Shown here one piece after another: positions 17,866 to 27,724 of a stretch of 64,000 bases of DNA (position 1 is its first letter; each line of letters begins with the position of its first letter). Below the pieces are notes generated by a model. It saw only the letters and a list, made by a program, of their open reading frames with translations, was not told the origin of the DNA and did no database searches. The stretch comes from an uncultured archaeon (GTDB lineage Archaea; Thermoplasmatota; Thermoplasmata; Thermoplasmatales; Thermoplasmataceae), in NCBI GenBank assembly GCA_000965745.1, contig CP009479.1:736001-800000 (forward strand), given 5' to 3'. Position numbers and translations under genes: made by a program.

Positions 17866-20565
17866 ATGCCTGATGACTTGAGAATTCTTAAACAGATTGA
17901 AGTATCCGGTAAGGAGTACAATTATTTTTCACTGCCAGACCTTGAAAAGAAAGGTTACAATATATCAAAACTCCCCCGTTCAATTAGAATAGTTCTGGAG
18001 TCCCTGATCAGAAACCTTGACGGAAAAGCCGTCAGGGAAAAGGATGTTCTCAATCTCCTGAACTGGAACTCAAAAGACCCCGGCAAAGAGGAAATTCCAT
18101 TCAAAGTTTCCAGAGTTGTGATGCAGGACTTCACGGGAGTTCCTGCAGTAGTTGATCTTGCCGCATTGAGAGACACTGCTAAAAGGCTGGGCAAAGATCC
18201 GTCAATAATACAGCCGCAGGTTCCAGTGGATCTCGTAATAGACCACTCTGTTCAGGTTGACTTTTACGGAACACCCACGTCCATAGAAATGAACACCGAC
18301 AGGGAATTCGAGAGAAACGGGGAAAGGTACCTCTTCCTTAAATGGGCGCAGAATTCGTTCAAGAACCTCAGAATTGTTCCACCATCGGTTGGCATTGTGC
18401 ACCAGGTCAACCTTGAATATCTCGGTAAAGTTGTTATGGAGGCAGAAAGAGACGGAAAAACATACGCGTTCCCAGATACGCTGGTAGGAACTGATTCGCA
18501 CACAACCATGATAAATGGCCTAGGCGTGGTCGGCTGGGGAGTCGGAGGAATTGAAGCGGAGGCTGCAATGCTCGATCAGCCTGTTACTATACTTACCCCA
18601 GAAGTCGTTGGGGTCAACCTGCATGGAAAGTTGAAACCAGGAGTTACAGCGACCGATCTGGTCCTCACCCTGACGGAACTTCTGAGGAGGAACAGAGTAG
18701 TCGGAAAGTTCGTAGAATTCTATGGTGAAGGTGTAACATCACTACCGCTCCCTGACAGGGCAACCCTGTCCAACATGTGCCCTGAATATGGTGCAACGCT
18801 GGCACTGTTCCCTGTGGACGATGAGACACTCAAGTATCTCAGGACCACTGGGCGAAGCGATGAACACGTAGAGCTCATTGAGAAATACCTGAAGGCTCAG
18901 GGTCTCTATGGCTCTCCTGACAGCCTTGATTACAGCCAGGTGATTGATCTTGACCTTAGCTCTGTCACACCCACAGTTGCCGGCCCCAAGCTTCCCAATC
19001 AGAAAGTGGAAATGGGCCATATCAGTAACAGCTTCCTCAACTACATGGAGGGAAACTCGGACATTCAGATGATGGATAACGGCCAGCGGAGCACAACTGT
19101 ATCCCTGAAGAGTGTCCCTGTATCCGTTAAGGGCGAAGATACAAAACTTTCTGATGGAGATGTTGTAATCGCAGCTATCACAAGCTGCACAAACACTAGC
19201 AATCCGCAGGTAATGGTAGCAGCTGGCCTGCTTGCAAAGAAGGCCGCTGAGAAGGGCCTTACGGTAAGCAAGAAGGTGAAGACAAGCCTCGCACCTGGAT
19301 CACGTGTTGTTACCGACTACCTTGGAAAATCCGGCCTTCAGGAGTACCTGGACAAGCTGGGATTCTATCTTGTAGGGTACGGCTGCACCACGTGCATAGG
19401 GAACAGCGGCCCTCTGGATGAGAACATAGAAAAAGCGATAGTCGACAATAACCTCAGCACTGCGGCGGTACTGTCCGGGAACAGGAATTTCGAAGCTAGG
19501 ATACACAAGAACGTGAGAGCCAATTACCTGATGTCCCCGCCGCTTGTTGTTGCTTTTGCTATCGCGGGGAAAGTCACTATCAACCTAGAGAAAGAGCCGA
19601 TAGGGAAAGACAGGGATGGCAAGGATGTCTTTCTGAAGGAAATATGGCCATCTGACGATGAAATATCTAATGTCATTAACGAGACAATAAACGTGAAGAT
19701 GTTCAGGGAGAAATACAAGAATCTGGACATCTACAATGAGAAATGGTCTAAGCTAAATGCTCCAACGGGAACCACATACGACTGGGAAGATTCAAGCACA
19801 TACATAAGAAACCCACCCTTCTTCGACGACTTCTCACCTGACAAGTCTGTAGAAATGACCGAAGTCTCTGAGGCCCGGCCGCTTCTGATACTAGGGGATT
19901 CAGTTACGACCGACCACATTTCCCCCGCTGGTGCCATATCCAAGAACAGCCCCGCGGGAAAGTATCTAATGGAGAACGGTGTGGAACCTGTAGACTTCAA
20001 TTCATTCGGATCAAGAAGGGGAAACCATGAAGTAATGATGCGCGGAACATTCGGGAATGTCAGGATCAGGAACAAGCTTGTGGACAAGGAAGGTGGATTC
20101 ACCCTTCACCTCCCGGATAAGAAAGAGACCACTGTGTATGACGCTGCTATGCAGTACGTGAAGGAGAAAACACCCCTGCTTGTATTTGCCGGTATAGAGT
20201 ACGGGACAGGAAGCTCAAGGGACTGGGCTGCAAAGGGAACCATGCTTCTTGGGGTGAAGGCCGTAGTTGCAAGAAGCTATGAAAGAATACACAGAAGCAA
20301 CCTGATAGGCATGGGTGTATTGCCTCTCCAGTTCAAGGAAGGGGAAGAATTCGGCAAACTGGATGCAGACTGGAACAAGCCCTTTACAGTTAAGGTACCG
20401 GAAAACCTGGAGCCGGGAACTCAGGCAGAACTAAGCTATACGGATAACTCCGGAAACCGGAAGAAAGTGGCTGTTGGCATAAGGCTTGACACGCCGATCG
20501 AGGTTGAATATTTCAAGAGTGGTGGAATACTTCAGTATGTGTTGAGAAAAATCCTGCAAAACTGA
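17866..20565 (+). CDS. acnA: Aconitate hydratase A
   Basis: MQDFTGVP, DHSVQVD, GTDSHTT, AAITSCTNTSN, GCTTCIGNSG, SGNRNFE, GSSRDWAAKG. Confidence 0.98.
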   Translation: MPDDLRILKQIEVSGKEYNYFSLPDLEKKGYNISKLPRSIRIVLESLIRNLDGKAVREKDVLNLLNWNSKDPGKEEIPFKVSRVVMQDFTGVPAVVDLAALRDTAKRLGKDPSIIQPQVPVDLVIDHSVQVDFYGTPTSIEMNTDREFERNGERYLFLKWAQNSFKNLRIVPPSVGIVHQVNLEYLGKVVMEAERDGKTYAFPDTLVGTDSHTTMINGLGVVGWGVGGIEAEAAMLDQPVTILTPEVVGVNLHGKLKPGVTATDLVLTLTELLRRNRVVGKFVEFYGEGVTSLPLPDRATLSNMCPEYGATLALFPVDDETLKYLRTTGRSDEHVELIEKYLKAQGLYGSPDSLDYSQVIDLDLSSVTPTVAGPKLPNQKVEMGHISNSFLNYMEGNSDIQMMDNGQRSTTVSLKSVPVSVKGEDTKLSDGDVVIAAITSCTNTSNPQVMVAAGLLAKKAAEKGLTVSKKVKTSLAPGSRVVTDYLGKSGLQEYLDKLGFYLVGYGCTTCIGNSGPLDENIEKAIVDNNLSTAAVLSGNRNFEARIHKNVRANYLMSPPLVVAFAIAGKVTINLEKEPIGKDRDGKDVFLKEIWPSDDEISNVINETINVKMFREKYKNLDIYNEKWSKLNAPTGTTYDWEDSSTYIRNPPFFDDFSPDKSVEMTEVSEARPLLILGDSVTTDHISPAGAISKNSPAGKYLMENGVEPVDFNSFGSRRGNHEVMMRGTFGNVRIRNKLVDKEGGFTLHLPDKKETTVYDAAMQYVKEKTPLLVFAGIEYGTGSSRDWAAKGTMLLGVKAVVARSYERIHRSNLIGMGVLPLQFKEGEEFGKLDADWNKPFTVKVPENLEPGTQAELSYTDNSGNRKKVAVGIRLDTPIEVEYFKSGGILQYVLRKILQN

Positions 20566-20639
20566 TTTTTCTTAACATGCGAAATGCGAAATACCACACT
20601 TAAAAATTTAAACAACCAGATTATTATCTGTAACTAGGT

Positions 20640-21947
20640 ATGTATATAAGTGCTCCACCAGGGACGGTGGAACTGGCCAGGCTTATTATTCCGAAAGATG
20701 AATATGAGAGATTGTCGAGCCTTGGCTTTAACTCCTATGGTGAATCTAAGTCAATGACAATCCTGCAGTTTCTGCGTGATCTTGACTGGATATATATTTC
20801 ATATGAAGAGTCCGAAGTGCTTTCGCTCAAGCCTACCCAGCTGGGCCTGGAGGTATTTGAAAGGGGAGTTGCCGCCGACAACAAGGAAGATCTGGACACA
20901 CTTGTAGAACTCATCAGGAAATACCTCTCTGTTTTCCTTAAAGACGGGCAGAATGTTGCTGAGGTTATGCAGGAACTGGCGGAATATTATCTGAAAATTG
21001 GAAATTATACCCGGGCCATAGATCTGGGTTCCGATCTCATTACGCTCGGCAACGAGCACAATGACTCCAAGGTGCTGGGAAAGGCGCATGATATTTACGG
21101 AGTCATAAATCTCTACAGGCAGGATCTCGATTTTGCTCAGAACCACTTCGAGAAATCGGTTTTCTATGGTGGGCTGTGCAACGATCTTGCTACTGTTGCC
21201 AAGGGGCATGTCGGCCTCGGGTCGGTGAACGGCTACAAACAGAAATTCGAAGAAGCGATAACAAATTTTGAAAAAGCTTTCCTTCTGTTCAAGGAGATAG
21301 GGGACGAATCCGGAATAAACCAGGTTAAACTCAACGAGGCATTCACCTACGCCAACATGGGGGACCTGAACGTGTTCTTCAAGATGAACCATGAGGCAAT
21401 AACTTACTTCGAGTCAGTAGGTGACAAGCAAAAACTTGAGTACTGCTATATCAATGAATCAACTGCTCTTCTGAGCATCGGCAAGATAGACGAGGCAATA
21501 GACAGCATTGTAGAAGCTCACGAACTCGCAAAGGAAGTTGGAAACAAGAGAATTCTTCATATGTCTGGATTGAACATCGCCAGGATCTACGTTCTGACAA
21601 ACAGGCCCGGGGACGCCTATGAATACATACTTCAGGCTCATGAGTACTTCAGGAAGAACTTTGACACTAATTCAGTTGGAGCTTGCAATGACCTCCTCGC
21701 TTCTTATTTCGTTGCAATGAAGGACATGGACACAGCGGCAGAACATCTTGAGAAGATGGAGAAGAACTTCCTTATCAAGAACAACAAGAGGGGGATCGTG
21801 GATGGGTTTGCCTATTTTATAAAGACAATGAAAACTTATTCATACGACGATGAAACAGTCAACAGGAAAATCAAGGAACTTGAAGAAAAGGTTCAGGATG
21901 AAAAGTATAAAGAAATATTCAAACAAAGTTTGGATGAAGAATTATAG
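20640..21947 (+). CDS. Tetratricopeptide-repeat protein with possible N-terminal winged-helix
   Basis: Several ~40-aa TPR-like repeats (e.g. GLGSVNGYKQKFEEAITNFEKA); LKPTQLGLEV wing-like motif near N-terminus. Confidence 0.75.
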   Translation: MYISAPPGTVELARLIIPKDEYERLSSLGFNSYGESKSMTILQFLRDLDWIYISYEESEVLSLKPTQLGLEVFERGVAADNKEDLDTLVELIRKYLSVFLKDGQNVAEVMQELAEYYLKIGNYTRAIDLGSDLITLGNEHNDSKVLGKAHDIYGVINLYRQDLDFAQNHFEKSVFYGGLCNDLATVAKGHVGLGSVNGYKQKFEEAITNFEKAFLLFKEIGDESGINQVKLNEAFTYANMGDLNVFFKMNHEAITYFESVGDKQKLEYCYINESTALLSIGKIDEAIDSIVEAHELAKEVGNKRILHMSGLNIARIYVLTNRPGDAYEYILQAHEYFRKNFDTNSVGACNDLLASYFVAMKDMDTAAEHLEKMEKNFLIKNNKRGIVDGFAYFIKTMKTYSYDDETVNRKIKELEEKVQDEKYKEIFKQSLDEEL

Positions 21948-21975
21948 ATTTGTGGTTTAAAAAGATTATTAAATT

Positions 21976-22089
21976 TTACTCTGCGCAGTAAGATCCGCCA
22001 GTCATTACGAACTTCAGCTTCTGCTTTGGTATTTCAATCTCTTCTATCATTTTCAGTTTTCCCTTCATAGCTATCAAATGAGTTACCAT
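21976..22089 (-). CDS. Putative small peptide (37 aa; 30 aa from Met at 22068) ending GG-SYCAE (not in ORF track)
   Basis: MVTHLIAMKGKLKMIEEIEIPKQKLKFVMTGGSYCAE; purine-rich coding-like composition; T-rich tract after stop; convergent with the TPR gene. Confidence 0.5.
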   Translation of the reverse strand: MVTHLIAMKGKLKMIEEIEIPKQKLKFVMTGGSYCAE

Positions 22090-22427
22090 GGCAAAACTAA
22101 AGACCTTTGTGTGACAGGAAATGCAGTCCCGATACTGTTACATAGACAAAACACTTGCATTATGTATGTGCAAATTTTTATCGTAACTTTTCCAAGGTTA
22201 GATTTCAGTCAAGCCAGTTTTTAAGGCATTACACCTGAAGTTGATATTATATTCTCTTTCGAGTTTATATCATTTTTTTGCATACTGTTGTGTAGGTATG
22301 AACTGTCGAGAAAACCGTCGATATATGTTAAATTGGACGGAATGCGAAATATTTCATGCATAACATCCGTCAATGCACCGAATTCAAAAATCGTCATTTG
22401 AGAAACTAAAGTTATATATTACTGGCA

Positions 22428-23777
22428 ATGTTCCACTTTTGCATGGATGAAGGAGTATCATCTGCGCTGAAACAGCTTGAAAAAGATGGAGTTGGATTCT
22501 TACAGTTACAGTTTACCGATATCCTGGGAGCGGTAAAGACTCTCACAATACCAAAAAACCGTTTTGAGAGTGCCCTGACTGAGGGCGTGGTTTTCGACGG
22601 AAGTTCTGTTGCAGGCTATGCACAGATCGAAGAATCAGATATGAGGGCAATACCGGATCTTTCAACATACACGGTGTTCCCTCAGGGAAACGGATTTTCC
22701 AAAACTGCCAGATACATATGCACGATCCACAACCCTGACGGTGAAAGGTTCAACGGAGATCCGAGGTATGTTCTTGAGAGCGTCCTTTCAAAGCTACATG
22801 AGAAGAAAATGGACTTCTACGTCGGTCCGGAGTTCGAGTTTTTCATCTTCAAACGTGATGAAAAGGGAAATCCCACTACCATACCGAGTGACTATGGAGG
22901 CTACTTTGACAACACTCCCCTGGATGCGGCCAGTGAAATAAGGCAGGAAATACTGATGCAGCTCAACAACCTGGGGTACCAGCCGGAGGCAGCACATCAC
23001 GAGGTGGCTTACGGTCAGCATGAAATAGATCTCAGGTATGGGAAAGCGCTTGTAATGGCTGACAGAGTTGCCATGCTGAAGAATATAATCAAGAACGTGT
23101 CACAGAAGCATGGCATGTATGCAACTTTCATGCCAAAGCCGATAAACGGGGTCAACGGCTCCGGAATGCACGTCCATCAGAGCATTATGAACAGCGAGGA
23201 ATCAACCAACCTGTTCTACGATGAAAAATCGAAGTACGGCATCAGCGAACTCGGACTGCATTATCTCGGGGGGATATTGTCCAACATATCCCAGGGTTCA
23301 GCGATCCTTGCTTCCTGGGTTAATTCCTACAAGAGGCTTATACCGGGCTATGAGGCTCCGGTTTACATTTCGTGGGCCAACAAGAACAGGACAGCCCTTG
23401 TCAGAGTTCCCGCGGGTGTAAGGATGAGAAAGAGGATGGAACTCAGATGCCCGGATTCGGCAGGTAACCCATATCTGCAGTTTGCGGTAATGCTTGGGAT
23501 GGGTCTTGACGGAATAAACAGGAAACTTGAGCCGCCTGATCCGGTCGAAAAGGATATATTCCACATGACCAGCGAGGAAAGGAAGGAGCAAAGGATAGAT
23601 TCCATGCCCGAAAGCCTGGGAGAGGCTCTGCACCACTTCAGAAACAGCAAGCTCATGAAAGAAATACTTGGCGAGCACGTCTTCAACAATTTCATAACGG
23701 TGAAACAGAGGGAATGGGACGCATTCAGGTCACACGTGACCGAATGGGAGACAAACAGGTATCTTCCCATCCTCTAA
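22428..23777 (+). CDS. glnA: Glutamine synthetase type I (start may be 22443)
   Basis: QFTDILG, FDGSS, GPEFEFF, HHEVA, ATFMPKP, NGSGMHVHQS, NSYKRL, ELRCPD. Confidence 0.96.
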   Translation: MFHFCMDEGVSSALKQLEKDGVGFLQLQFTDILGAVKTLTIPKNRFESALTEGVVFDGSSVAGYAQIEESDMRAIPDLSTYTVFPQGNGFSKTARYICTIHNPDGERFNGDPRYVLESVLSKLHEKKMDFYVGPEFEFFIFKRDEKGNPTTIPSDYGGYFDNTPLDAASEIRQEILMQLNNLGYQPEAAHHEVAYGQHEIDLRYGKALVMADRVAMLKNIIKNVSQKHGMYATFMPKPINGVNGSGMHVHQSIMNSEESTNLFYDEKSKYGISELGLHYLGGILSNISQGSAILASWVNSYKRLIPGYEAPVYISWANKNRTALVRVPAGVRMRKRMELRCPDSAGNPYLQFAVMLGMGLDGINRKLEPPDPVEKDIFHMTSEERKEQRIDSMPESLGEALHHFRNSKLMKEILGEHVFNNFITVKQREWDAFRSHVTEWETNRYLPIL

Positions 23778-23808
23778 TTTTTATTTTCAAAAAAGAACGC
23801 TGGTCAGA

Positions 23809-24609
23809 CTATTCTGAAAACTCCCTTAGATGCTTTCTTTTTCTTTCTCTCCTCAGGGCATATGCATAGGCACTCAGGAAAGCAATGCCTCCCGGCAGCA
23901 GCACAAAACCGAAGATAGTCATTCCAAGTGCAGCATAACTCGCATCGCCGATGCTAACTGAAAGGTTTACGGGAAGCTCTCCGCTGTTGTTTATCTGGAT
24001 CTTCCATTCTCCCGACACAGGGACAATAATGGTGTCCGAACCGGATGATGCAGAGGAAAGGTGAATGGATGAATGCTGCGCCCCGTCAGGGGATAGAAGC
24101 ATAGCGGTGATGTTTCCAACCTGGTTGGGGGACATAGAATAGACAAGATTGCTCCCCGATGAAACCTTCGGGTCATAGAATCTCGTATAGTTTCCAGGGG
24201 CTATGGGTACGCCTTTGTGCGTAATTGAATCGTAAACCACGCTAATGTTGACATTGTATCCGCCGTCGTTTGCTATTTGCAGAGTCCAGTTTCCGCTCGA
24301 GGGTGCCAGTATTGTGTTAGTCCCGGTCGGAAGCTGGTTGAATGTTATGACCGAATAGCTTGTTCCGTTCTGTGAGATCAGGCTCGCAACAAGATCAAAA
24401 TTCTGATGGAATGAAACCTTGTATGTCAGATCGTCGCCTGCACTTACTCCTGCCTTCGAAAAACTCACTGTTTTGCCCGGGTCAGAATTCACGCTGTATT
24501 CCGAAGTTCCGGCTGATAACAAGTACACAGAGACCGCAAACAGTACGATTGAGGCCACTATCATTATCAGGCCAATCTGTCTCAACCTTCTCTTATTGGA
24601 TCTTATCAT
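23809..24609 (-). CDS. Membrane protein with two tandem extracellular beta-sandwich repeats between two TM helices
   Basis: N- and C-terminal TM helices; repeats ..APSSGNWTLQIAN.. and ..VPVSGEWKIQINN..; several N-x-S/T sequons. Confidence 0.7.
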   Translation of the reverse strand: MIRSNKRRLRQIGLIMIVASIVLFAVSVYLLSAGTSEYSVNSDPGKTVSFSKAGVSAGDDLTYKVSFHQNFDLVASLISQNGTSYSVITFNQLPTGTNTILAPSSGNWTLQIANDGGYNVNISVVYDSITHKGVPIAPGNYTRFYDPKVSSGSNLVYSMSPNQVGNITAMLLSPDGAQHSSIHLSSASSGSDTIIVPVSGEWKIQINNSGELPVNLSVSIGDASYAALGMTIFGFVLLPGGIAFLSAYAYALRRERKRKHLREFSE

Positions 24610-24666
24610 TCGGCACCCTGACTACCTTAAGCCTAACGAAACAGCTGTTTAAGTTTTCTTCGGCTG

Positions 24667-27051
24667 TTACTCCCCCGACTCAACATTAATCTCGTCAGAC
24701 TCTGAAATGCTGATGTTTTCAATCTTCATAAGACTCTTTATGACTTCCTGAAAGCTCATGAGTGTGCTGCTTCTGCCGGAAATGTTCAGGGAATCAAGTT
24801 TCGCTCCCATGGACAGTTTCATTGAAGTTTTGAGGCTCCTTATTTTTCCTATTACTTCAATTACATACTCCATTTCCTTCTCATCCTCCGGAAACATTCT
24901 GTCATCCGAGAACTCAGGCCAGCTCTCAAGGTGAACGCTCTTCTTCATCCGGGAAAATGGTACCATGTGGTATGCTTCTTCAGTTATGAATGGCATGACA
25001 GGCGCATAGAGACACAGCGTCTTCCTGAACGTGGAAAATGCAACTGTGAGTATTTCTTTCTTGAGATCCTCATCCTCCGACGATGAGAGTACCCCCTTTA
25101 TCATTTCCAAATAATTGTCGCAGAACGTGTTCCAGAAGAAATTGTCGAGTGATGCCCTTCCTCTGGAGACATTAAATTTTTCATACTCGGAAGTAACCTC
25201 CATGAGGGTTCGCTCGAATTTTGTAGTTATCCACCTGTTCAGGCTGGACTTCAATTCTAAGGTCTCATCTCCTATATCTGTATCTCCCTTGAGCATAAGG
25301 ATCAGCTTTGCGGCATTATAGATCTTTATTACGGTCCTCCTGCCCCTAACGAAGTCCTGCTCCTTTATCTTGATGTCTTCACCAGGGATGGTTGTGGATG
25401 CCCAGAATCTCAGGGCATCTGCACCATATTCATCTATGACCGTTCTTGGCTCAACCACATTGCCCTTGCTTTTGCTCATTTTGGCCCCGAATGGATCATA
25501 CACGTTCCCGCTGATGAATATAGTCTTCCATGGGACCAGGTCGTCGTGAATCCTTGACCTTACAATTGTGGTGAATGCCCAGAATGAAATGATATCATGG
25601 CCCTGAAACCGTATATCCATGGGATAAAGCTCGTCCAGAAGGCCTAAAGGCATTAGAGCCAGTCTCGGGGAAAGCGAAGAGGTTGCCCAGGTATCCATAA
25701 TGTCTGTTTCAGGCGTAAGATCATCTGAGCCGCAATTCTTGCATTTCCTCGCCGCCATTTCCAGCCTCGGGTCAACAGGAAGCTCATTCTCATCTGCTAC
25801 TACAGTCTCTCCGCAGTTGTCGCAATACCATAGTGGGAAAGGTACTCCGTAAAATCTCTGCCTTGAAATGCACCAGTCCCATTTCAATCCAAGCACCCAG
25901 TTGTCGTACCTGGTTTTCATGTATGGCGGGAGCCAGTCTACACTGGCACCGTTTTTAAGGAAATCATCCTTGAGGTCAAGATATCTCAGGAACCATTGCT
26001 TACTGATGCCTATTTCTATTGGAGTTCCGCACCTTTCATGAGTGTTCACGGAATGCTTTATTCTTTCAGTCCTGCTGATGAGGCCCTCACTCTTCAGGAG
26101 CTTTTTGATGACGCTTCTCGCTTCCTGAACAGTCTTGCCTTCAAGCGGCCCGGATAGTGCATTCATTTTTCCGTTGTCTTCTATAAGGTTCCTCAGATCC
26201 AGGGAATATTTTTTCCATAGCTCCAGATCGTTCTGGTCCCCGAAAGTGCAGATCATCTCAGCCCCTGTTCCCTTCTCGGGGTCCACGTATTCATCCTCTA
26301 TAATCTTCACTTCATGGCCGTAAAGCGGGACTTTAGCAGTTTTCCCAACCAGGCCCCTGTACCTATCATCATCAGGGCTCACGCAAACCGCCACGCAGGC
26401 TCCTATCAGTTCAGGCCTCGTTGTGGCAACTGGCACAGACCCCCCGCCATTAATTGCAAAATCAAGATACACAAAATCTGTGTTCTGCACGACATCCCTC
26501 ATCTCTATCTGCGATATGGCAGTATGGCATACAGGGCATTTTATGGTTGGAGCCTCCTCTCTATAAGCCCTGTCTTTCTTGAGAAGATCAATGAACATCT
26601 TCTGGGATATCGTTCTGGATTCCTCAGACACTGTTCTGTAAGGGTGTCTGAAATCAGCACTCATCCCTATGTCCGACCAGGTCTTGAGGAGTTCCTCCTC
26701 TGATTTGTCTGATGCTTCTTTGCATGCCTCTATAAATTCTTCAAGGGGCATTCTTTCTGCCTTTATTCCAAGAGTCTTTTCAGCATACCTCTCAGTGGGG
26801 AGGCCATTATCATCAAACCCCCATGGGTAGAAAACACCAAAACCCTTCATTCTCTTGTACCTGGCAATAAAATCCTGATGAGGGTATGAAAACGCATGCC
26901 CCATGTGCATTTTGCCGGATATTGTTGGAGGCGGGGTATCAATTACAAAGTACTCTGATCGATCTCCTCCATGATAATTGAACTTGTAAATATCATTGTT
27001 GTCCCAGAATTCTCTCCATTTTGCCTCCATTTCGGGAATATTTAGGTCCAT
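24667..27051 (-). CDS. valS: Valyl-tRNA synthetase
   Basis: DTPPPT, HMGH, GFDDNGLPTE, DWCISRQR, DTWATS, QGHDII, KMSKS. Confidence 0.96.
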   Translation of the reverse strand: MDLNIPEMEAKWREFWDNNDIYKFNYHGGDRSEYFVIDTPPPTISGKMHMGHAFSYPHQDFIARYKRMKGFGVFYPWGFDDNGLPTERYAEKTLGIKAERMPLEEFIEACKEASDKSEEELLKTWSDIGMSADFRHPYRTVSEESRTISQKMFIDLLKKDRAYREEAPTIKCPVCHTAISQIEMRDVVQNTDFVYLDFAINGGGSVPVATTRPELIGACVAVCVSPDDDRYRGLVGKTAKVPLYGHEVKIIEDEYVDPEKGTGAEMICTFGDQNDLELWKKYSLDLRNLIEDNGKMNALSGPLEGKTVQEARSVIKKLLKSEGLISRTERIKHSVNTHERCGTPIEIGISKQWFLRYLDLKDDFLKNGASVDWLPPYMKTRYDNWVLGLKWDWCISRQRFYGVPFPLWYCDNCGETVVADENELPVDPRLEMAARKCKNCGSDDLTPETDIMDTWATSSLSPRLALMPLGLLDELYPMDIRFQGHDIISFWAFTTIVRSRIHDDLVPWKTIFISGNVYDPFGAKMSKSKGNVVEPRTVIDEYGADALRFWASTTIPGEDIKIKEQDFVRGRRTVIKIYNAAKLILMLKGDTDIGDETLELKSSLNRWITTKFERTLMEVTSEYEKFNVSRGRASLDNFFWNTFCDNYLEMIKGVLSSSEDEDLKKEILTVAFSTFRKTLCLYAPVMPFITEEAYHMVPFSRMKKSVHLESWPEFSDDRMFPEDEKEMEYVIEVIGKIRSLKTSMKLSMGAKLDSLNISGRSSTLMSFQEVIKSLMKIENISISESDEINVESGE

Positions 27052-27190
27052 TTCGTTGGTTATGGAGCTTCATGTTAAAACGTTTGCTCATGGGGCATGT
27101 CATATAGCCCTGATCTCAGGCTTATTATGAAAAACAACGTCAGATTTGTCCGGGATAAGATTTTATAAGAATATTGCATGGTTCAATACT

Positions 27191-27652
27191 ATGGTTATGT
27201 CATCTCCGATTGAAGACCTTATTAAAGATGCAATTGAAAAGGAGGACAAGGCCTTCATGGAGTACAAGGAACTTGCAGAAAAGGCTCCCAAGAGCAATAT
27301 AAGGTGGTTTCTTGAATCATTCTCTGATGCCCGCAAAAGGATTAGGGATAAATTAACCAATGTACTCGAAAACAGAGTTGATGATGAATTCGGTTACCCC
27401 GAGGAAAAGATATTGCACATCCAGGCAACCGAACATCTTCACTTCAGCGGAAATGTTGACCAGAACAGCCTTCAGAGCGTTCTCCTGTACATTTCAAAAA
27501 AGGAATCTGAGGACCTGGAGTATTTCAGATCTCTGATAGAGAAATCCGAAAGCCAAGAAGTGGAAAAATTCCTAAAGCCCATTCTGGCAGAAAAGGAAAA
27601 TATACACATTAAAGCTGACAGGCTTTATCACGATCTTATAGAAATCTACTGA
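27191..27652 (+). CDS. Ferritin-like/rubrerythrin-family protein
   Basis: Duplicated AIEKEDKA..Y..LA / ISKKESE...Y..L..E..H four-helix pattern. Confidence 0.65.
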   Translation: MVMSSPIEDLIKDAIEKEDKAFMEYKELAEKAPKSNIRWFLESFSDARKRIRDKLTNVLENRVDDEFGYPEEKILHIQATEHLHFSGNVDQNSLQSVLLYISKKESEDLEYFRSLIEKSESQEVEKFLKPILAEKENIHIKADRLYHDLIEIY

Positions 27653-27724
27653 CCGGCAGGCTCATTTTCAGACCCTTCATGATAGAAAGCAATATTTTGA
27701 GTAATAGTAGCGAATACTGGACAA

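Noticed and set aside
16305-21392. Multiple 100-197-aa antisense ORFs over gad, acnA and the TPR gene
   Set aside because: Ser/Phe-rich shadow ORFs opposite well-supported genes, with no recognisable motifs.
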